A stretch of DNA of 64,000 nucleotides from positions 2,976,911 through 3,040,910 of the forward strand of contig MU058531.1 of the NCBI GenBank assembly GCA_013265495.1, given 5' to 3'. The position numbers were made by a program, and so were the translations under genes. The DNA is from Vicugna vicugna (taxonomy: Eukaryota). Of the stretch, positions 62,110 through 64,000 are shown in pieces; the stretch's first letter is position 1; every line of letters starts with the position of its first letter. The notes below the pieces were generated by a model. That model did not search any database. It was given only the letters and a program-made list of their open reading frames with translations, and was not told where the DNA came from.

Positions 62110-62220
62110 TTTATAGCTCCGGGGGGAGGGGGTCGCGCTTTCGTAACGGCGCGGGGTGAAAGACCGAGGGGGAGGCGCCCGGGCCGGCGGGCCAGCACTT
62201 GCATAACGCGCCCTGACTCA
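62110..62220 (-). promoter_or_regulatory. RBP4: RBP4 proximal promoter: TATAAA (62110-62115), C/EBP-like TTTCGTAA (62139-62146) and TTGCATAA (62199-62206), AP-1 TGACTCA (62214-62220), within a CpG island about 61400-62530
   Basis: Motifs read directly; factor assignments are by consensus match only. Confidence 0.7.
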
Positions 62221-64000
62221 CCGCCGCCCGGGCGCAGGGAGGGTCCCTTTGGGCGAGAGCCTCACCTCCAGCGCCGCCCGGGGCTTGTGGAGCGGCCGCG
62301 CGGGGTGGCCTCGGCGAAGCCCAACTCTCCGGCGGCGGCGAGCCGCGGGCACCAGCCCTGGCCTAGTTCCCCGGCACCGGTGCCAGCGGCCGCCAGCTGC
62401 GGCCCGGGGTGGCCTCAGGGCCCAGTTGCTCTGGCTGGAGGCTCAGGTCGGCCTGGCGGGAAGACTGTGGCCTCCCAAAGCGAGGGGGACCTGCGATGCT
62501 GCCCGGTGCGTTAGTGCTCGGGCCCTGGTGGTGCCAAATTGGCCCCTCAGCCTTCTGAGGGCTAGTTGTGCAGGGGGTTGGGACTATTTCGGCCAAGCAG
62601 TTTTTCATTTTATAAAGGATGTCTTTTACTCCCTTTCAGGGGAGTTGTGGTGCCCTCTGGATCAATATTTGCTCTTTAGTTTCAACATCTTTAGAAGCAT
62701 TAAAACCCTCCCTGTTAAATATTCTCCAGAAACGCACCCCTGGTCAGCACAGGAAATATTTTAGCAACCTCGGTGGTCGCCTACTTACTCCGTGGCACTT
62801 CGCTCAAACCACTTTGAAACACACCTACCAATTGTTTATGGTGCAATTTTATTCCAAAGCCAGAGAGGAATTTTGTTTTGTTTTCGAAGCGGCCAAGGTG
62901 AATGGGCTGAGGAGTGGACAAGAGGGGGAGGTGAACAAACCTCTCTAACGTCAATGGTCAATTAAGTGGAAATGCTGTGACTAGTTGTGTGATTTTGCCC
63001 CGTCAGGGTACAACTCCTGACCGTATTTTTCTCTTTCCATTCAAAGTGTTCTAATCTGATCAAAGCAGTCAGAAGATGCAGCTTTGGACTTTAAAATGGC
63101 AAAGAAATATCATCTTTTTGTAAGATTCCTTCCATGCAGTATCAGTTGTGTATCCATGGCCCAACTTGGAGAGGATCGAGATGAATTTGGTCCGTTTTGC
63201 TGCTGCCAGAATTGAAATAAGAGAGGGTGGAGGTAGAGAAGGGTGGCCACCAAACGGAGAAGTAAGGAGTTGATGGTCTTTACAGAACATTGGGGTTACT
63301 TCCGAGCCTCCTGAAAAAAAATAGCTGTGGCTTCTGTCACTTTCCTGTAACTCTTGGGACATCTCCCTGTCTGGTTCTCTGCTTCCACTTTCCGTCTTCT
63401 CCTCCACTCCTGTTGTTCATTTGAGTCTCAGGATGTCTCTGGAGTGCCAATGATGATGCAGTTAACTCTGTAGTATCCCCGTCTTCCTGCTAGGAAAGCC
63501 CTGTTTCAGGCCTGCCAGCTCACTGGGAGATCTTCTGGTTAGGTCCATTTTATCACAGGGTGTATAATCCCAAACAGCTCAAATAAGGTCTGCTCCAGAG
63601 CCGCTCCTGTAGCCACTCTGTGTGTGATTGTACATATAGTAGTATCCATGCACCCCGGGTAGGAAAGGATTTCAGGGTGACTCTCCATCTTTTGTCCAAT
63701 GTGTGGACCCCCTCTTTGACAAGTAGAGGACTTCCAGCCTCTCCTCAGACACCTCCAGTGATGGAGAGCTTCTGGTTGAGCCCAATTGTCTTTGGATCTT
63801 TCTGACTGCTAGGAAAGTTCTAATACCCCTAACCTTGTCAACTGTTTCTGGTGGTCCTTGCACATCCCACATATTGAATAAATGTAGCAGATTTCAATAC
63901 ATTTTTATGGTGATTGTTTTTGCAGCGGTATGTTTTTATTTATTTGTTCAATGCTTAAAAGTTGACATAACTGTTCCTGCTCTCCCCCCTCTCTTTCAGT

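Overview
Mammalian genomic DNA, most likely a camelid (two Vic-1-type tRNA-derived SINEs with target-site duplications plus cetartiodactyl-type L1 ends), covering the conserved CEP55-FFAR4-RBP4 block. It contains the last six coding exons and 3' UTR of CEP55 (+), the complete three-exon FFAR4/GPR120 gene (+, 361-aa short isoform) and the complete RBP4 gene (-, 201 aa) with its TATA/CpG-island promoter. All splice junctions were read directly from the sequence and keep frame. Beyond the known genes, three things stand out. (1) A chain of at least five spliceable but disabled exons just downstream of CEP55 (about 13.9-16.5 kb) whose conceptual translation resembles the cold-shock/OB domains of RNase II-family proteins (HELZ2/DIS3L2-like), i.e. 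a candidate unprocessed fossil gene. (2) A disabled counterpart of the cassette exon that makes the human long FFAR4 isoform (about 43.75 kb). (3) A TSD-flanked L1 piece that keeps its 5' UTR and the start of ORF1 but lacks the 3' end, with a solo ERV LTR nested inside, just downstream of the FFAR4 stop codon. Comparisons with human proteins are from memory and need database confirmation.
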